Assembly: GCA_038845975.1 (NCBI GenBank)
Contig: JAWBQF010000024.1
Location: 1 to 40,214 of the forward strand
DNA from: Candidatus Methanomethylicia archaeon
Lineage (GTDB): Archaea > Thermoproteota > Methanomethylicia > CALHIW01
Direction of reading: 5' to 3'
Length of the DNA: 40,214 nt
The notes beneath the pieces were generated by a model. The model worked only from the letters and a program-made list of their open reading frames with translations. It had not been told where the DNA came from and ran no database searches. Both the position numbers and the translations under genes were made by a program. The first letter of the stretch is position 1; each line of letters begins with the position of its first letter. Positions 19,401 through 30,746 of this stretch are shown here, piece by piece.

Positions 19401-20597
19401 ATGTCAGATACTAATATGGACAAGTACAAGTATTTAAGAAGAGAACTTAATAAATCTGAATTAATAAACTTAAATCCGATTCAAAGGGGAGGAATACTTA
19501 CTAAAGAAGCTAGAGAAGCTTTGTTAGAATTTGGTGATGGCTATTCAACATGTGATTGGTGTCCACCTAAATTTGCTAGACTTGATAGAATTGAGAAACC
19601 CCCAATAAAGGATTTCTATGAAGACCTAGCTGAATTTCTTGGTATGGATGTTGCTAGAGTTGTTACTAGATGTCGTGAAGCTATGTTTATAGTGTTTAAG
19701 ATGCTTAGTCTTCCAGGTGACTATATAGTAGTAGATAGTTTAGCTCATTATTCAACTTATTTAGCAATTGAGTTTGCAGGACTTAAAGTCAAGGAAGTTC
19801 CACATACTAGCTATCCTAATTTCCAGTTACTACTAGAAATGTATAGGGATAAAATAGAAGAAGTTAAAAAAGAAACAGGCAAACTTCCAGCGGCAGTTTT
19901 ACTTACTCACGTTGACCATTTATATGGTAATTTTAATGATACTCTTATAGTTTCAAAAATAGCTCATGAATATAATATTCCAGTAATACTGAATGCTGCA
20001 TACACAGCTGGAATTATGTCAGTAAATGGTAAAAAACTTGGAGTGGACGTTATTGTAAGTAGCGGCCATAAGAGTTGGGCTGCTAGTGCACCTACAGGCA
20101 TACTTGCCCTAACTGAGGATATGGCAAAGAAAATACTACCAACAGCTACCATAACCGGAGACTGGAGTAAAAGAAGTTTTAAGACTAAGGAAATGCCTCT
20201 TCTTGGCTGTACGGTTATGGGAGCACCTCTAATCACTCTTATGGCATCATTTCCACATGTAGTAAAGAGAGTTGAAAAATGGAATGAGGAGTTAGAGAAG
20301 GTTCAATATTTTGTTAAGGAAATCGAGAAAATTGAAGAAACAAGAGTTCTTGGAGTTAAACCTAAGAAACACACATTAATACATGTAGAGTCTATCGGTT
20401 TACATAAAGTATCTGAAAAACATCATAGAAGAGGATTTTATCTCTATGATGAGTTAAAAAAAAGAAAAATAGTTGGAATACAGCCTGGATTATCAAAACA
20501 CTTTAAACTGAATATATATGGTTTAAGCTGGGATGAAGTTAAGTATGTAGTAAATGCATTTCATGATATAGCTGCTACATATGGATTAAAAATCTAA
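19401..20597 (+). CDS. pscS: O-phosphoseryl-tRNA:Cys-tRNA synthase (SepCysS)
   Basis: NPIQRGG, GDGYSTCDWC, AHYSTY, YGN, NAAY, PLP lysine motif SGHKS, LLGCT, RGFYLY.ELK. Confidence 0.93.
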   Translation: MSDTNMDKYKYLRRELNKSELINLNPIQRGGILTKEAREALLEFGDGYSTCDWCPPKFARLDRIEKPPIKDFYEDLAEFLGMDVARVVTRCREAMFIVFKMLSLPGDYIVVDSLAHYSTYLAIEFAGLKVKEVPHTSYPNFQLLLEMYRDKIEEVKKETGKLPAAVLLTHVDHLYGNFNDTLIVSKIAHEYNIPVILNAAYTAGIMSVNGKKLGVDVIVSSGHKSWAASAPTGILALTEDMAKKILPTATITGDWSKRSFKTKEMPLLGCTVMGAPLITLMASFPHVVKRVEKWNEELEKVQYFVKEIEKIEETRVLGVKPKKHTLIHVESIGLHKVSEKHHRRGFYLYDELKKRKIVGIQPGLSKHFKLNIYGLSWDEVKYVVNAFHDIAATYGLKI

Positions 20598-20683
20598 ATT
20601 ATGTACAACTATATTTCATCGATAGCTAAAGTACTGAGACCTAGATATTTAAGCTTCCCTTTATAGTTAATTATGGTGATAAC

Positions 20684-22060
20684 ATGTCGCTTCAAGATGT
20701 AATCAGTAGGTATGGATCAAGTGATGTAAAAAAGATATTTAGTGAAGAGACAAGAATAGAGAAAATGCTTAATGTAGAGGCAGCTCTTGCAAGAGCTTTA
20801 GCTGAATTCAATGAAATTCCTAAAGAGGCTGCAGATGTAATATCACAGAAAGCTAAAACTGAATTTGTAACTCCTGAAAGGATTAAAGAGATAGAAAAAA
20901 AGTTTAAACATGACATTGTAGCTCTTATTAATGCTCTTGCTGAGCAATGTGGGGAATACGGCGAATATGTTCATTTCGGAGCTACTAGTAATGATATTAT
21001 AGATACAGCATGGGCTCTTCAATTGAAAGACTCAATTAAGGTATTAGGAGAAAAACTAATTGAAATTTCACAAATACTTTGTGAATATGCATTAAAATAT
21101 AAAGATTTAGTTATGGTTGGTAGAACTCATGGCCAGCATGCTATACCAACAACATTAGGATTTAAGTTTGCAGTTTATGCTGCGGAGGTAAGCAGGCATA
21201 TTGAAAGACTTCAAGAAATGTTAAAGAGAATTCTTGTAGGTAAAATACGTGGAGCTGTAGGCACTATGGCATCATTTGGGCCTAAAGCATTAGAAATTGA
21301 GAGAAGGGTATTAGAAGAACTTAAACTTAAACCAGCTGAAATAACAACTCAAGTGATATGTAGAGATAGGTATGCAGAATTAATTTCCTGGATTGCAATA
21401 ACGGGGTCTACTTTCGATAAAATAGCTATAGAAATTAGAAATCTTCAAAGAATCGAAATACTCGAACTAGCTGAGGGGTTTGACATTAATGAACAGTTTG
21501 GAAGCAGTACTATGCCTCATAAGCAAAATCCAATAGATTGTGAGAAAATATCCGGATTAGCTAAAGTTTTAAGAGGATTTGTAATACCCTCTCTTGAAAA
21601 CATACCACTATGGCATGAAAGAGATCTTACAAACTCAAGTAGTGAAAGATTTGTAATACCCTTATCTATAATTATTCTAGATGAAATTCTATCAACAATG
21701 ATAAAGGTATTAAAAGGGTTAAGAGTTTATCCTGAAAATATGAAGAGAAATCTTGAGTTGAGTAGAGGAGCTATAATGGCTGAAGCTGTAATGATGGCTT
21801 TAGCACGGAAGGGAATGGGGAGACAAAAAGCTTATAAGCTGATTAGAGAACTTACAATTAAATCTCAAGTTGAAAATAGGGATTTTAAATCAATACTTCA
21901 AGAAAATAATGAAGTAAGAAATTATTTAAGTGCTGATGAGATAAACTACATAACTATTCCAAGTAACTATCTAGGAAAAACTAGAGATATAATTTCCAAT
22001 ACTATTAAAATTGTACAGGAAAGAATAAAATATTTTAGAAGCTGTGAATATTTAGAATAA
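20684..22060 (+). CDS. purB: adenylosuccinate lyase
   Basis: HFGATSNDI, GRTHGQHA, GSSTMPHKQNP, WHERDLTNSS. Confidence 0.96.
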   Translation: MSLQDVISRYGSSDVKKIFSEETRIEKMLNVEAALARALAEFNEIPKEAADVISQKAKTEFVTPERIKEIEKKFKHDIVALINALAEQCGEYGEYVHFGATSNDIIDTAWALQLKDSIKVLGEKLIEISQILCEYALKYKDLVMVGRTHGQHAIPTTLGFKFAVYAAEVSRHIERLQEMLKRILVGKIRGAVGTMASFGPKALEIERRVLEELKLKPAEITTQVICRDRYAELISWIAITGSTFDKIAIEIRNLQRIEILELAEGFDINEQFGSSTMPHKQNPIDCEKISGLAKVLRGFVIPSLENIPLWHERDLTNSSSERFVIPLSIIILDEILSTMIKVLKGLRVYPENMKRNLELSRGAIMAEAVMMALARKGMGRQKAYKLIRELTIKSQVENRDFKSILQENNEVRNYLSADEINYITIPSNYLGKTRDIISNTIKIVQERIKYFRSCEYLE

Positions 22061-22335
22061 CCATATTGACCAATTTAATAACTAACTACTATCAACTATC
22101 ATTATCAGTATTAATTCTTAGAACTTAAATAATCTAAACTCCTATATTTACATTGAAAGCTAATGATCGTAGCAATGATTGTATGCTAAAATACCAGTAT
22201 ATTCAAATCGATAAAACTTAAACTGTGGTTCACCAATCCCTTAGTTCTTTTAATTTCTCTTAAATACAATGCTTAGTATATCTTGATATATTTTCATGTT
22301 TAAATCCATAGCATTATCATAGACATTGAATGGTT

Positions 22336-24423
22336 TTAAACTCTTGCAATTTTTCCACGTGATGGCGAGTACAGTATGCCCTGTTCCTTTAATTGGTGAA
22401 TTGTTTTCTCAACAAATCTCCTAGTAAAGCCCTCAGCTTCAGCTCTCTCATAAAATTTCTCTTCATCTATTGGATTACCGTCAACTTCACTCTGCATAGT
22501 TGATATTAAATCAAGGAGGCGTTGTAGCTCCTCTCTTTGAGATCTAGAAACACCGGTCATTATTTTATCTATATCTATAGCTTTCCTTGATTCATCAAAA
22601 CCAACTTTTGTAAGAAATGACATTAATAATCTTATAACAGCTTCTGAATCCTCTCTTGTAACTATATTACTTAAACGTATTCTAGCTCTAGCCTCAGCTA
22701 GTCTAACAAGAGATTCAAGTTGACGGGGAGATATTGGTATTGGTAGCTGCTCACTTAATGCTTGAGTCCTCATATTTAAGAAGAACTCCTTAATTTTCTC
22801 TTTTGCTTCATCACTTAGTCTTGGTCTGACATTTGCCTTAGCGTAAATTATATATTTTCTTAACAATTCTGGAGGTATTATTTCAGGTGAAAGTGATGAT
22901 TCTGTTCTTTGATGAAGCATAAGTATATGTGATGTCATAGCTTCATCACGTTCAGGCTCGGGTTCATCTCTTAGTGGAAATATTAGATCAAATCTTGAAA
23001 GTATTGTAATTGGAAGATTTGTATTCTCCCTAAGAGAACGATTAGGTTGATATCTTCCAAGAATTGGATTGGCTGCAGCTAGTATAGCAGTTCGTGCATT
23101 TAATGTTGCAACAATTCCAGCTTTAGCAATACTAACGGTTTGCTGTTCCATAGCTTCATGCATAGCAACTCTATCTTTTTCATCCATTTTATCAATTTCA
23201 TCAATACATGCAATACCACCATCGCTTAAAACCAAGGCTCCAGCCTCAAGATAATATTCACCTGTAGACTTATCCCTAATAACTGTAGCTGTCAATCCAG
23301 CAGCTGTTGTACCTTTTCCTGAGGTATACAGCCCACGTGGAGCCAATTGTGCAACATATCTTAAGAGTTGTGATTTTGCTGTTCCAGGATCACCTATTAA
23401 TAGAATATTTATATCTCCTCTAATTCTTACACCATCAGGTAAAATCTTAGGCTCACCCCCAAAAAGCATGTAGGCTATTGCTTCCTTAATATCGTCGTAA
23501 CCATATATAGATGGCGCTACTGATGCTTTAATTCTTGAAACAATCATGAGGTCTCTACTTAATTCATGTATTTTAGCTATATCTTCTTGAGTTATTTCAA
23601 GATTTATTGAATCCTTCTGCTGAACTTCAATACAGTTTGCTTCAAGAACACTTGAAAATACTGATAACCGTAATCCTTTTGCTGATACTTCAACTCTTGG
23701 TTTGAGTATGCCTAATATTGAAACTCTATCACCAGGTCTAGCTATATCTACTATGTCGTCTGTAATTATAACTTCAATAGATCTAGGTAGCTCTCCTGGA
23801 GGTAGTTCTTCAGGCTTTTCTTGAAGCGTTGCTTTCTGCCAATCAATATAACTACTTTCCTCAAATACTAGCTTAAACGCTACAGTATTCTTACATCTTG
23901 CATTAACACATCTATTTGGCTTCACTAAATTAAGCTCTCTTTGTTCAACAGCGATCCTTTCGTGACATACTTGACATTCAAAAACAGCATTCACCAGTTT
24001 ATGTCTAACTTGAGATATTCTAGTTAGTATACCGTCAATTCTAACAAATCTATTTACATGTTCAGCTCTTACTTGTCTTAACGGTAAAACATCTGGAAAA
24101 CCCTTAAACCTTACATTTAATCTCGGATTAAGTCTAGCATATTCAGCATTTTCAACCTTCATAACTGAAAGAAGAGCTCTTGATGCGGACTCTATAGTCT
24201 TAGTGGGATTTAAAAGAAGGTATTCTACAAGTCTTTTATCGTAAATTAAAATATCGTCAAAATCAACATATAATGATCTCTGATTACGAAGAACCATCTG
24301 TCTTATTAGCTCCCTATACTTGAACTCTCCCTTTTTAGCCTGAAATGATTTTAGAAATGATTCAAAAACCGACTGTATATCAAACATTTCTGAAATAGTT
24401 ACTATTTCATTCAAATTATTCAA
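22336..24423 (-). CDS. mcm: MCM replicative helicase
   Basis: C4 Zn motif, GDPGTAKS, IDEIDKM, SRFD arginine finger, C-terminal wHTH; no intein. Confidence 0.98.
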   Translation of the reverse strand: MNNLNEIVTISEMFDIQSVFESFLKSFQAKKGEFKYRELIRQMVLRNQRSLYVDFDDILIYDKRLVEYLLLNPTKTIESASRALLSVMKVENAEYARLNPRLNVRFKGFPDVLPLRQVRAEHVNRFVRIDGILTRISQVRHKLVNAVFECQVCHERIAVEQRELNLVKPNRCVNARCKNTVAFKLVFEESSYIDWQKATLQEKPEELPPGELPRSIEVIITDDIVDIARPGDRVSILGILKPRVEVSAKGLRLSVFSSVLEANCIEVQQKDSINLEITQEDIAKIHELSRDLMIVSRIKASVAPSIYGYDDIKEAIAYMLFGGEPKILPDGVRIRGDINILLIGDPGTAKSQLLRYVAQLAPRGLYTSGKGTTAAGLTATVIRDKSTGEYYLEAGALVLSDGGIACIDEIDKMDEKDRVAMHEAMEQQTVSIAKAGIVATLNARTAILAAANPILGRYQPNRSLRENTNLPITILSRFDLIFPLRDEPEPERDEAMTSHILMLHQRTESSLSPEIIPPELLRKYIIYAKANVRPRLSDEAKEKIKEFFLNMRTQALSEQLPIPISPRQLESLVRLAEARARIRLSNIVTREDSEAVIRLLMSFLTKVGFDESRKAIDIDKIMTGVSRSQREELQRLLDLISTMQSEVDGNPIDEEKFYERAEAEGFTRRFVEKTIHQLKEQGILYSPSRGKIARV

Positions 24424-24979
24424 CCTCTAATATTGCTCTACTCCAGCTATTAACTAGTTTACTTAAAATAATAAATAAGAATTTTTCTTCATCTGTTGTG
24501 TTAGGTATAGCTTCAAGCTTTCCAGGAGCCATTAAAGACGCTTTCACTATTTTTTGTAAACGAGATGTTATAAGATCTAGGGAATACATATATACAACCT
24601 CATAATCTTTATGTGTTGCAGGATCTGATGATTGACTAGCTCTTTGCTTTAATGTTTTAATCATTCTTCTAAGTTTTGCATAAAATAATGGTTCGAGAGG
24701 CATTATAGCCTGAGACCGGGATTCAGACCATGCTAGCTTTGAAATCCAGACTATGGATGGAATATCCTCAATTTTACTACCATAACCTTGCTCTTCAAGC
24801 TTATCACAAACCCATCTGGGAAGTTCTATAGTTGCACCTTGACTGAAGGGACCTATTTTCTCTCCACATATTTCAATTTGTGGAAGATTTTGATTTAGGT
24901 TAAATTTAATATTTTCATTTAGTAATTCGAGATCTGACATTTCAAATACTCTTTTAAATAGCATCCTCACAGTCCTCAC
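24416..24979 (-). CDS. GINS subunit (Gins23-type)
   Basis: N-terminal B-domain GPF..G..IELPRW, helical A domain, overlaps the mcm start as in crenarchaeal operons. Confidence 0.75.
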   Translation of the reverse strand: MRTVRMLFKRVFEMSDLELLNENIKFNLNQNLPQIEICGEKIGPFSQGATIELPRWVCDKLEEQGYGSKIEDIPSIVWISKLAWSESRSQAIMPLEPLFYAKLRRMIKTLKQRASQSSDPATHKDYEVVYMYSLDLITSRLQKIVKASLMAPGKLEAIPNTTDEEKFLFIILSKLVNSWSRAILEVE

Positions 24980-25142
24980 TATAATAATTATTATAAAAGG
25001 AGTAAAAAAGGTTTTTCAATTATCTTATTTTCATATTTCTGGTGAATGATTATTTGCTATTCTATCCTTGTTTGATATAAAGGTATTAGTAAGCTAGCAT
25101 TACGACAAAGTATTAAACTAACTTAAACGGAAATCTATTTTA

Positions 25143-25969
25143 GAACTCATTGCAAAACCCTTAGGTATATTATTATGCATGCTATTTGTATGAATGCTAG
25201 GAATGTTGATGCTAGTCTTTCGTATCTTATGGTTATTCTTCTGAATGATGTTATCCATGAGAAGAATCTTTCAACAGCGCTCCTCATGCTCTTATATGCC
25301 TTCCCATCGAGCCTGTATGGTCTTCCATGCTTGGGCTTACGCCTCGGGTTGACATCTATGTTTGCTTTCACTTCTCTACGCTTGAGATAATCTCTAATCT
25401 CCTAGCATCGTATGCTGAGTCTCCGTAACCTCTTTAGGTCTACTCCTAGGCCTACCATGCTTAACCCTTACATCTTCAAGGAGCTTTATGAAGCGTTTTG
25501 AGTCATGCTCATCGCCAGGTCCTACTTGAACGCTTAGCGGTAGGATTCAGGCGATACAATAGCATGAATCTTTGTACCCTTAATACGCTTATATCCATCA
25601 TAGCCTACAAGCCCCCTTTCCTAGCCTTTATAGTCGTGTTATCAACGCAACTTTATCAAGGCTTAACAGTAGAATAAACCTTAGATATCAGGGCATTAAG
25701 TATCTGCTTCCAAACACCTAGCTCCATCCATCTCTTAAGCCTCCTAAAGTTGGGTAATGCCCATACCTAGAAGCATATCCATCCATCTACAACCAGTAAC
25801 AAGCATGTACAAAATACCATTCAACAAGCTTATCATCTATCCTAGGCCTACCAACCCTAGCCATAGGAGGAAGCAAAGACCTAATAAGCCCCCTCACAAT
25901 CACTAATCTCACGAAACTTCATAAAGAAAGTATAAAAGAAGAAGGCTTAAATAGTTTTGCAATGAGTTC
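25143..25969 (-). mobile_element. IS5-family element (IS427-like), full length, transposase pseudogenised
   Basis: Perfect 16-bp TIR GAACTCATTGCAAAAC/GTTTTGCAATGAGTTC flanked by TTA on both sides. Fragments MKFREISD, LLPP..VGRPR, NGILY..TGCRW, GYDGYKRIKGTKIH, VERFFSWI..FRRITIRYER. Confidence 0.92.
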
Positions 25970-26063
25970 TTAGATAAGAACTAGTGTTTTTGAAAAGTTT
26001 GCCATAATGAATTAATGAATGTTTACATGATATAATAGTTTATCATAGAAACTTAATTTAAGT

Positions 26064-26791
26064 GGCTTTGTTAACTTAAGCATGTTTTATCACCTCTATT
26101 TTGGTATTTTATCTTCTATGAATTCTTAGCTTTTATTTTCCTGTTAATCCATGTTTGTTTAGTATGTATATTATTGATTTTATAAGCATTAATGCATGCT
26201 CATTACCGCATTTATCCTTCATGCATGGTATATAATTATCGAATAGCTTAGTTCTATCCTTAATGTATTGTATTATTCTCTCCATTAGATTCTTAACCTC
26301 TAAACTATATCGTGTTTTAATTTTAATATTTTACATGATGCTTTATAATATTGAGCTCCATCACTTAATAAACTATATTAGAACCGTAAATAGCTCTAAT
26401 CTTTTTAAGGAATGTTGGGGATGTAAGCATGTTTGCAACATCGCAAACCCATATGTAGAGAATCCTCCTCAATAATGGCTCGAATGCAACATAAATAACC
26501 TTACTCTTAGAACCTACACTTATAATAGTATCATCAACCATAACAATCCTAACATCCCTCCTACTATCAAATAGGAAGCTTAAAGATCTAAACCACGATA
26601 ATATAGATACATAACCTAAAACAATAAAGCTTAAAATATCTGAAGCCATTCTAGATGAACGAAAATATATGTAAGCACCATAACAACTAGAGTAAATGGA
26701 GTTCTCTCCCTAACAAACTTAACAACTTTAACCATAGATTCACCGTAAACAAGGGAGAGAACTCCCAAATAAATCTAAAGTTAACAAAGCT
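26064..26791 (-). mobile_element. IS6-family element, full length (~728 bp), transposase pseudogenised
   Basis: TIRs GGCTTTGTTAACTT and AAGTTAACAAAGCT. DDE remnants VMVDDTII (track ORF 26365-26649), SDG, MERIIQY..DRT..FD. Possible decayed 8-bp target duplication ATTTAAGT/AAATAAGT. Confidence 0.85.
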
Positions 26792-26841
26792 AAATAAGTA
26801 TAGGCTAGTAAGATTTTAATATAGGTTATGAAAATAGTAGA

Positions 26842-27528
26842 ATGATCAATATGATAAATGATAGAGTTATTGCTATTATTGGCGGAACTGGAGATCAAGG
26901 ATTTGGCTTAGCTTTAAGATGGATTAAAGCTGGAGAAAATATAATTATAGGTTCTAGAGTTAAGGAGAAGGCAGAAGCAGCTGTTGAAAGATTAGAGACA
27001 ATATTAGGTGCTCAATGTAATGCTGAAGGATTAGAAAATAGGGAAGCTGTCTCCAAAGCTGACATTGTTGTGTTAACGGTTCCATTTAATGGATTATTTG
27101 ATATACTAAAAAGTATAAAGGAATTTCTTAGACAAGAATCTATACTAATAGATGTTACTGTTCCGTTAGCTTCAACAATAGGTGGCAAACCAACACAAAC
27201 AATTATTCCATGGCATGGTTCAGTATCTAAAATGATAGCTGAAATGTTACCTAATGTTAAAGTAGTTTCAGCATTTAAAGAAATTAGTGCGGAAGCACTT
27301 CAAGATATACAGAGTCCTATTGAAAGCGATACTATTGTTTGTAGTGACGATGATGATGCTAAAAGAGTAGTTATAAAGTTAGCTGAAAAAATACCGAATA
27401 TTAGAGGAATAGATGGTGGAGGACTTGAAAATTCAAGAATATCTGAATATTTAACAGCATTTCTAATTGGTGTAAACATAAGATATGGTGTAAAAAAGGC
27501 TGGTATTAGAATAACTCAGCTAAAATAA
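26842..27528 (+). CDS. npdG: NADPH-dependent F420 reductase (F420H2:NADP+ oxidoreductase)
   Basis: IIGGTGDQGFGLA, IGSR, VVSAF, DGGGLENSR, N.RY..K.AGI. Confidence 0.9.
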   Translation: MINMINDRVIAIIGGTGDQGFGLALRWIKAGENIIIGSRVKEKAEAAVERLETILGAQCNAEGLENREAVSKADIVVLTVPFNGLFDILKSIKEFLRQESILIDVTVPLASTIGGKPTQTIIPWHGSVSKMIAEMLPNVKVVSAFKEISAEALQDIQSPIESDTIVCSDDDDAKRVVIKLAEKIPNIRGIDGGGLENSRISEYLTAFLIGVNIRYGVKKAGIRITQLK

Positions 27529-27599
27529 TTGTAATTATTTTAAAAATGTAAACTATTTTACAAGCTCTAGCTTTCAGTTAGTATCTTACAGAAAGAGCT

Positions 27600-27835
27600 G
27601 GCATTAACCCTAACCCTACTCTTATCAAACTCAAATAGGAAGATTAAAGATCTAAACCATAGTATAGATGCATAACTCGTAGCAATAATAAGCTTGGAAT
27701 ATCTGAAGTCATTCTAAATGAATGAAAATATATGTAAGCACCATAACAACTAGAGTAAATGGAGTTCTCTCCCTACAAACCTAATAATCCTCACCATAAA
27801 TAAGGAAGAGAAAACCCAAATAAAGCTAAAGTTCA
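27600..27835 (-). mobile_element. 5' fragment of the same IS6-family element
   Basis: Direct similarity to ~26540-26785 (e.g. GTAAGCACCATAACAACTAGAGTAAATGGAGTTCTCTCCCTA); decayed TIR CTAAAGTTCATAAGG. Confidence 0.82.
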
Positions 27836-27898
27836 TAAGGTGATCAAATTATTAGAAAAATTTAAGTGTATGCATATATTTAAGGGAATGGTGATTAC

Positions 27899-29269
27899 GT
27901 GAAAAAAGCCACTGTTGAAGAACTTTTAGCTAAAGCATATAAACCATCTAAACTTGCTCCTGCTTATCATAAGTTTTACGGAGGAAAGGTTCAGGTGATG
28001 GCTAAATGTATTATTAGGGATCTATCAGATTTTGATATTTGGTATACGCCAGGTGTAGCTGAGCCATGTAGGATCATAAATAAAGATGAGGAAGCATCTT
28101 TTGAATATACAAGCAGGTGGAATTACGTGGCTGTTGTTAGTGATGGAAGTAGAGTTCTTGGGCTTGGAAATATAGGTGGAATGGCTGGATTACCGGTTAT
28201 GGAAGGAAAGGCATTACTATTCAAGTATTTAGGTGGAGTTGATGCATTTCCATTATGTCTTAGTACCCAGAACCCTGATGATATTATTACAGCTTGTAAA
28301 TGGATTGAGCCAACATTTGGAGGAATAAACCTTGAAGATATAGAGAAACCTAAATGCTTCTATGTTCTTGAAAAAGCAAGAGAAAATTTAGAAATTCCTG
28401 TATGGCATGATGATCAACAAGGAACTGCAACAGTAGTTCTTGCAGGTGTTTTAAATGCACTTAAACTTGTAGGTAAGAAAATCGATGAAGTAAGTATAGC
28501 AATGATTGGAGCTGGTGCTGCAAACATTAAATGTGCTGATGTACTTGAGTTGGCAGGGGCAAAGCCAGGAAATATTATCATGGTTGATAGTAAAGGAACT
28601 CTAGGTCCTTGGAGAGAAGATATAATTAAGAAAGAGAATGATCCCTGGAAATGGAAATGGGCTCAGAAAAGCAATGCTGAAAAAAGAGAAGGAGGAATGC
28701 CGGAAGCTATGAAAGGGGCTGATGTTGTAATAGCTATGTCACGCCCAGGTCCAGGTGTTATAAAGAAGGAATGGTTTACATTGATGAATACTAATGCTAT
28801 AGCTTTTCTCTGCGCGAACCCTATTCCTGAAGCATGGCCTTGGGAGGCGAAGGAAGCAGGGGTGAAAATTGTTGGAACTGGTAGAAGCGACTTTCCAAAT
28901 CAAATAAACAATTCTCTAGGATTTCCAGCAATATTTAGAGGAGTACTTGATGTAAGAGCTAAAACAGTAACAGATGAAATGTGCGTTGCTGCAGCAGTAG
29001 AACTTGCAAGATTTGCTGAAGAAAGAGGGATAAATGAAGACAATATAGTACCAAAAATGACTGAATGGGAAGTATATCCGAGAGTGGCTGTTGCATGTGC
29101 CTTAAAATCAATCGAGCAGGGAGTAGCTAGGATAAAACCAAGCAAACAAGAACTTTGGGAAAGAGCAGTTAAAATAATTAGAGAAGCAAGAGAATCTGTA
29201 GAAGCACTAATAAGAGCCGGAATCATTAAACAGCCACCACCAGAAGAAGAAATACTTAAAACCACATAA
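27899..29269 (+). CDS. NAD(P)-dependent malic enzyme
   Basis: YTPGVA, VLGLGNIG, PVMEGK, GGINLEDI, HDDQQGT, GAGAA, TGRSDFPNQINN. Confidence 0.96.
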   Translation: MKKATVEELLAKAYKPSKLAPAYHKFYGGKVQVMAKCIIRDLSDFDIWYTPGVAEPCRIINKDEEASFEYTSRWNYVAVVSDGSRVLGLGNIGGMAGLPVMEGKALLFKYLGGVDAFPLCLSTQNPDDIITACKWIEPTFGGINLEDIEKPKCFYVLEKARENLEIPVWHDDQQGTATVVLAGVLNALKLVGKKIDEVSIAMIGAGAANIKCADVLELAGAKPGNIIMVDSKGTLGPWREDIIKKENDPWKWKWAQKSNAEKREGGMPEAMKGADVVIAMSRPGPGVIKKEWFTLMNTNAIAFLCANPIPEAWPWEAKEAGVKIVGTGRSDFPNQINNSLGFPAIFRGVLDVRAKTVTDEMCVAAAVELARFAEERGINEDNIVPKMTEWEVYPRVAVACALKSIEQGVARIKPSKQELWERAVKIIREARESVEALIRAGIIKQPPPEEEILKTT

Positions 29270-29522
29270 TAATTCATTTTTTACTACTAATTCTAGCTTA
29301 ATCTTAATAGGTTTTCCTAATTTATCCTAACTCTGTAAGTTCTAGATGTAAAGTAATAGATTGAGTTAGCAAGGTATTTGTGCTTATGGAATAAAACGAG
29401 GAAGAATATAGTTAAACTATAAATGACTATTAACTAGTACCTTAGATAAAAGATACTTTACAATGTATTAGTATGTGGTATGGGAATACAAAAGTTTTAA
29501 ATTAAAGTTCAGTTAGTAATTA

Positions 29523-30746
29523 GTGAATATAAACATGCTCATAGGCATTGTTGGTAAGCCAAATGCTGGTAAAAGTACTTTTTTTGCAGCCGCAACACTT
29601 GCGCCTGCAAAGATAGCTCCTTATCCCTTTACTACAATAAAGCCTAATAGAGGAGTTGCATATATTAGAATTAAATGCGTATGTAAGGAATTTGGCGTAG
29701 TTGATAATCCTAGAAACTCTAAGTGTATAAACGGAGTAAGATATGTTCCGATCGAGCTACTTGATGTTGCAGGACTTGTTCCAGGAGCATGGCAAGGTAG
29801 AGGATTAGGAAATAAATTCCTTGATGATTTAAGGCAAGCTGATGCCTTAATACATGTTGTTGATGTTTCTGGAAGTACAGATTTTGAAGGAAAAATTGTA
29901 GAACCAGGAAGCCACGATCCTCTCGAAGATGTTAAATTTCTTGAAAATGAAATAGACATGTGGTTTAGCCAGATACTAAAAAGAGATTGGGATAAAATTG
30001 TTAGGGTAGTTGATGTAGGGAAAAGCGGAGACATAATTGATATATTAACTCAAAGGCTTAGTGGGCTATCTATAGAAAGAAAACATATAGTAGCAGCTAT
30101 GAGAACTCTTGAATTAAATAGTAAACCATCTTCATGGAATGAAGATGATATTCTTAAATTTGCATCAACACTAAGGAAAATTTCGAAACCAATCATAATA
30201 GTAGCTAACAAAATGGATTTGCCTAAAGCTGAAGATAATTATAATCGCTTAATCGAAGAATTTAAAAACTATATTATTGTACCTTGTTTTTCTGAGGGGG
30301 AATTAGCATTAAAAAGAGCCGCTGAGAAAGAGTTAGTAAGATACTTACCCGGAGAGCCTAAATTTGAAATAGTTAATGATAAGCTATTAACTGAAAAACA
30401 GAAATCTGCATTAAAGTTTATTCAAGAATATCTTAATAAGTGGGGTTCAACAGGAATTCAAGAGGCATTAAATAGGACTGTATTTAATGCCCTAAAGGCA
30501 ATATCTGTATTTCCAGTTGAGGATCCTAATAGACTTACAGACCACTCTGGTAGGGTGCTGCCTGATGTTTTTTTAGTTCATGAAAGTACAACTGCAAGAG
30601 AATTTGCATATAAGATTCATAGTGAATTAGGAGATGCATTCATACATGCTATAGATGTACGGACAAAGCAAAAACTAGGAGAAAACCATATACTAAAGGA
30701 TAGAGATGTGGTAAAAATCGTTGCTGCAAAAGGAATTAAATCATAA
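29523..30746 (+). CDS. ychF: YchF/Obg-family TRAFAC NTPase with TGS domain
   Basis: GKPNAGKST, YPFTT, DVAGL, GLGNKFL, NKMD, TGS-like C-terminus. Confidence 0.92.
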   Translation: MNINMLIGIVGKPNAGKSTFFAAATLAPAKIAPYPFTTIKPNRGVAYIRIKCVCKEFGVVDNPRNSKCINGVRYVPIELLDVAGLVPGAWQGRGLGNKFLDDLRQADALIHVVDVSGSTDFEGKIVEPGSHDPLEDVKFLENEIDMWFSQILKRDWDKIVRVVDVGKSGDIIDILTQRLSGLSIERKHIVAAMRTLELNSKPSSWNEDDILKFASTLRKISKPIIIVANKMDLPKAEDNYNRLIEEFKNYIIVPCFSEGELALKRAAEKELVRYLPGEPKFEIVNDKLLTEKQKSALKFIQEYLNKWGSTGIQEALNRTVFNALKAISVFPVEDPNRLTDHSGRVLPDVFLVHESTTAREFAYKIHSELGDAFIHAIDVRTKQKLGENHILKDRDVVKIVAAKGIKS

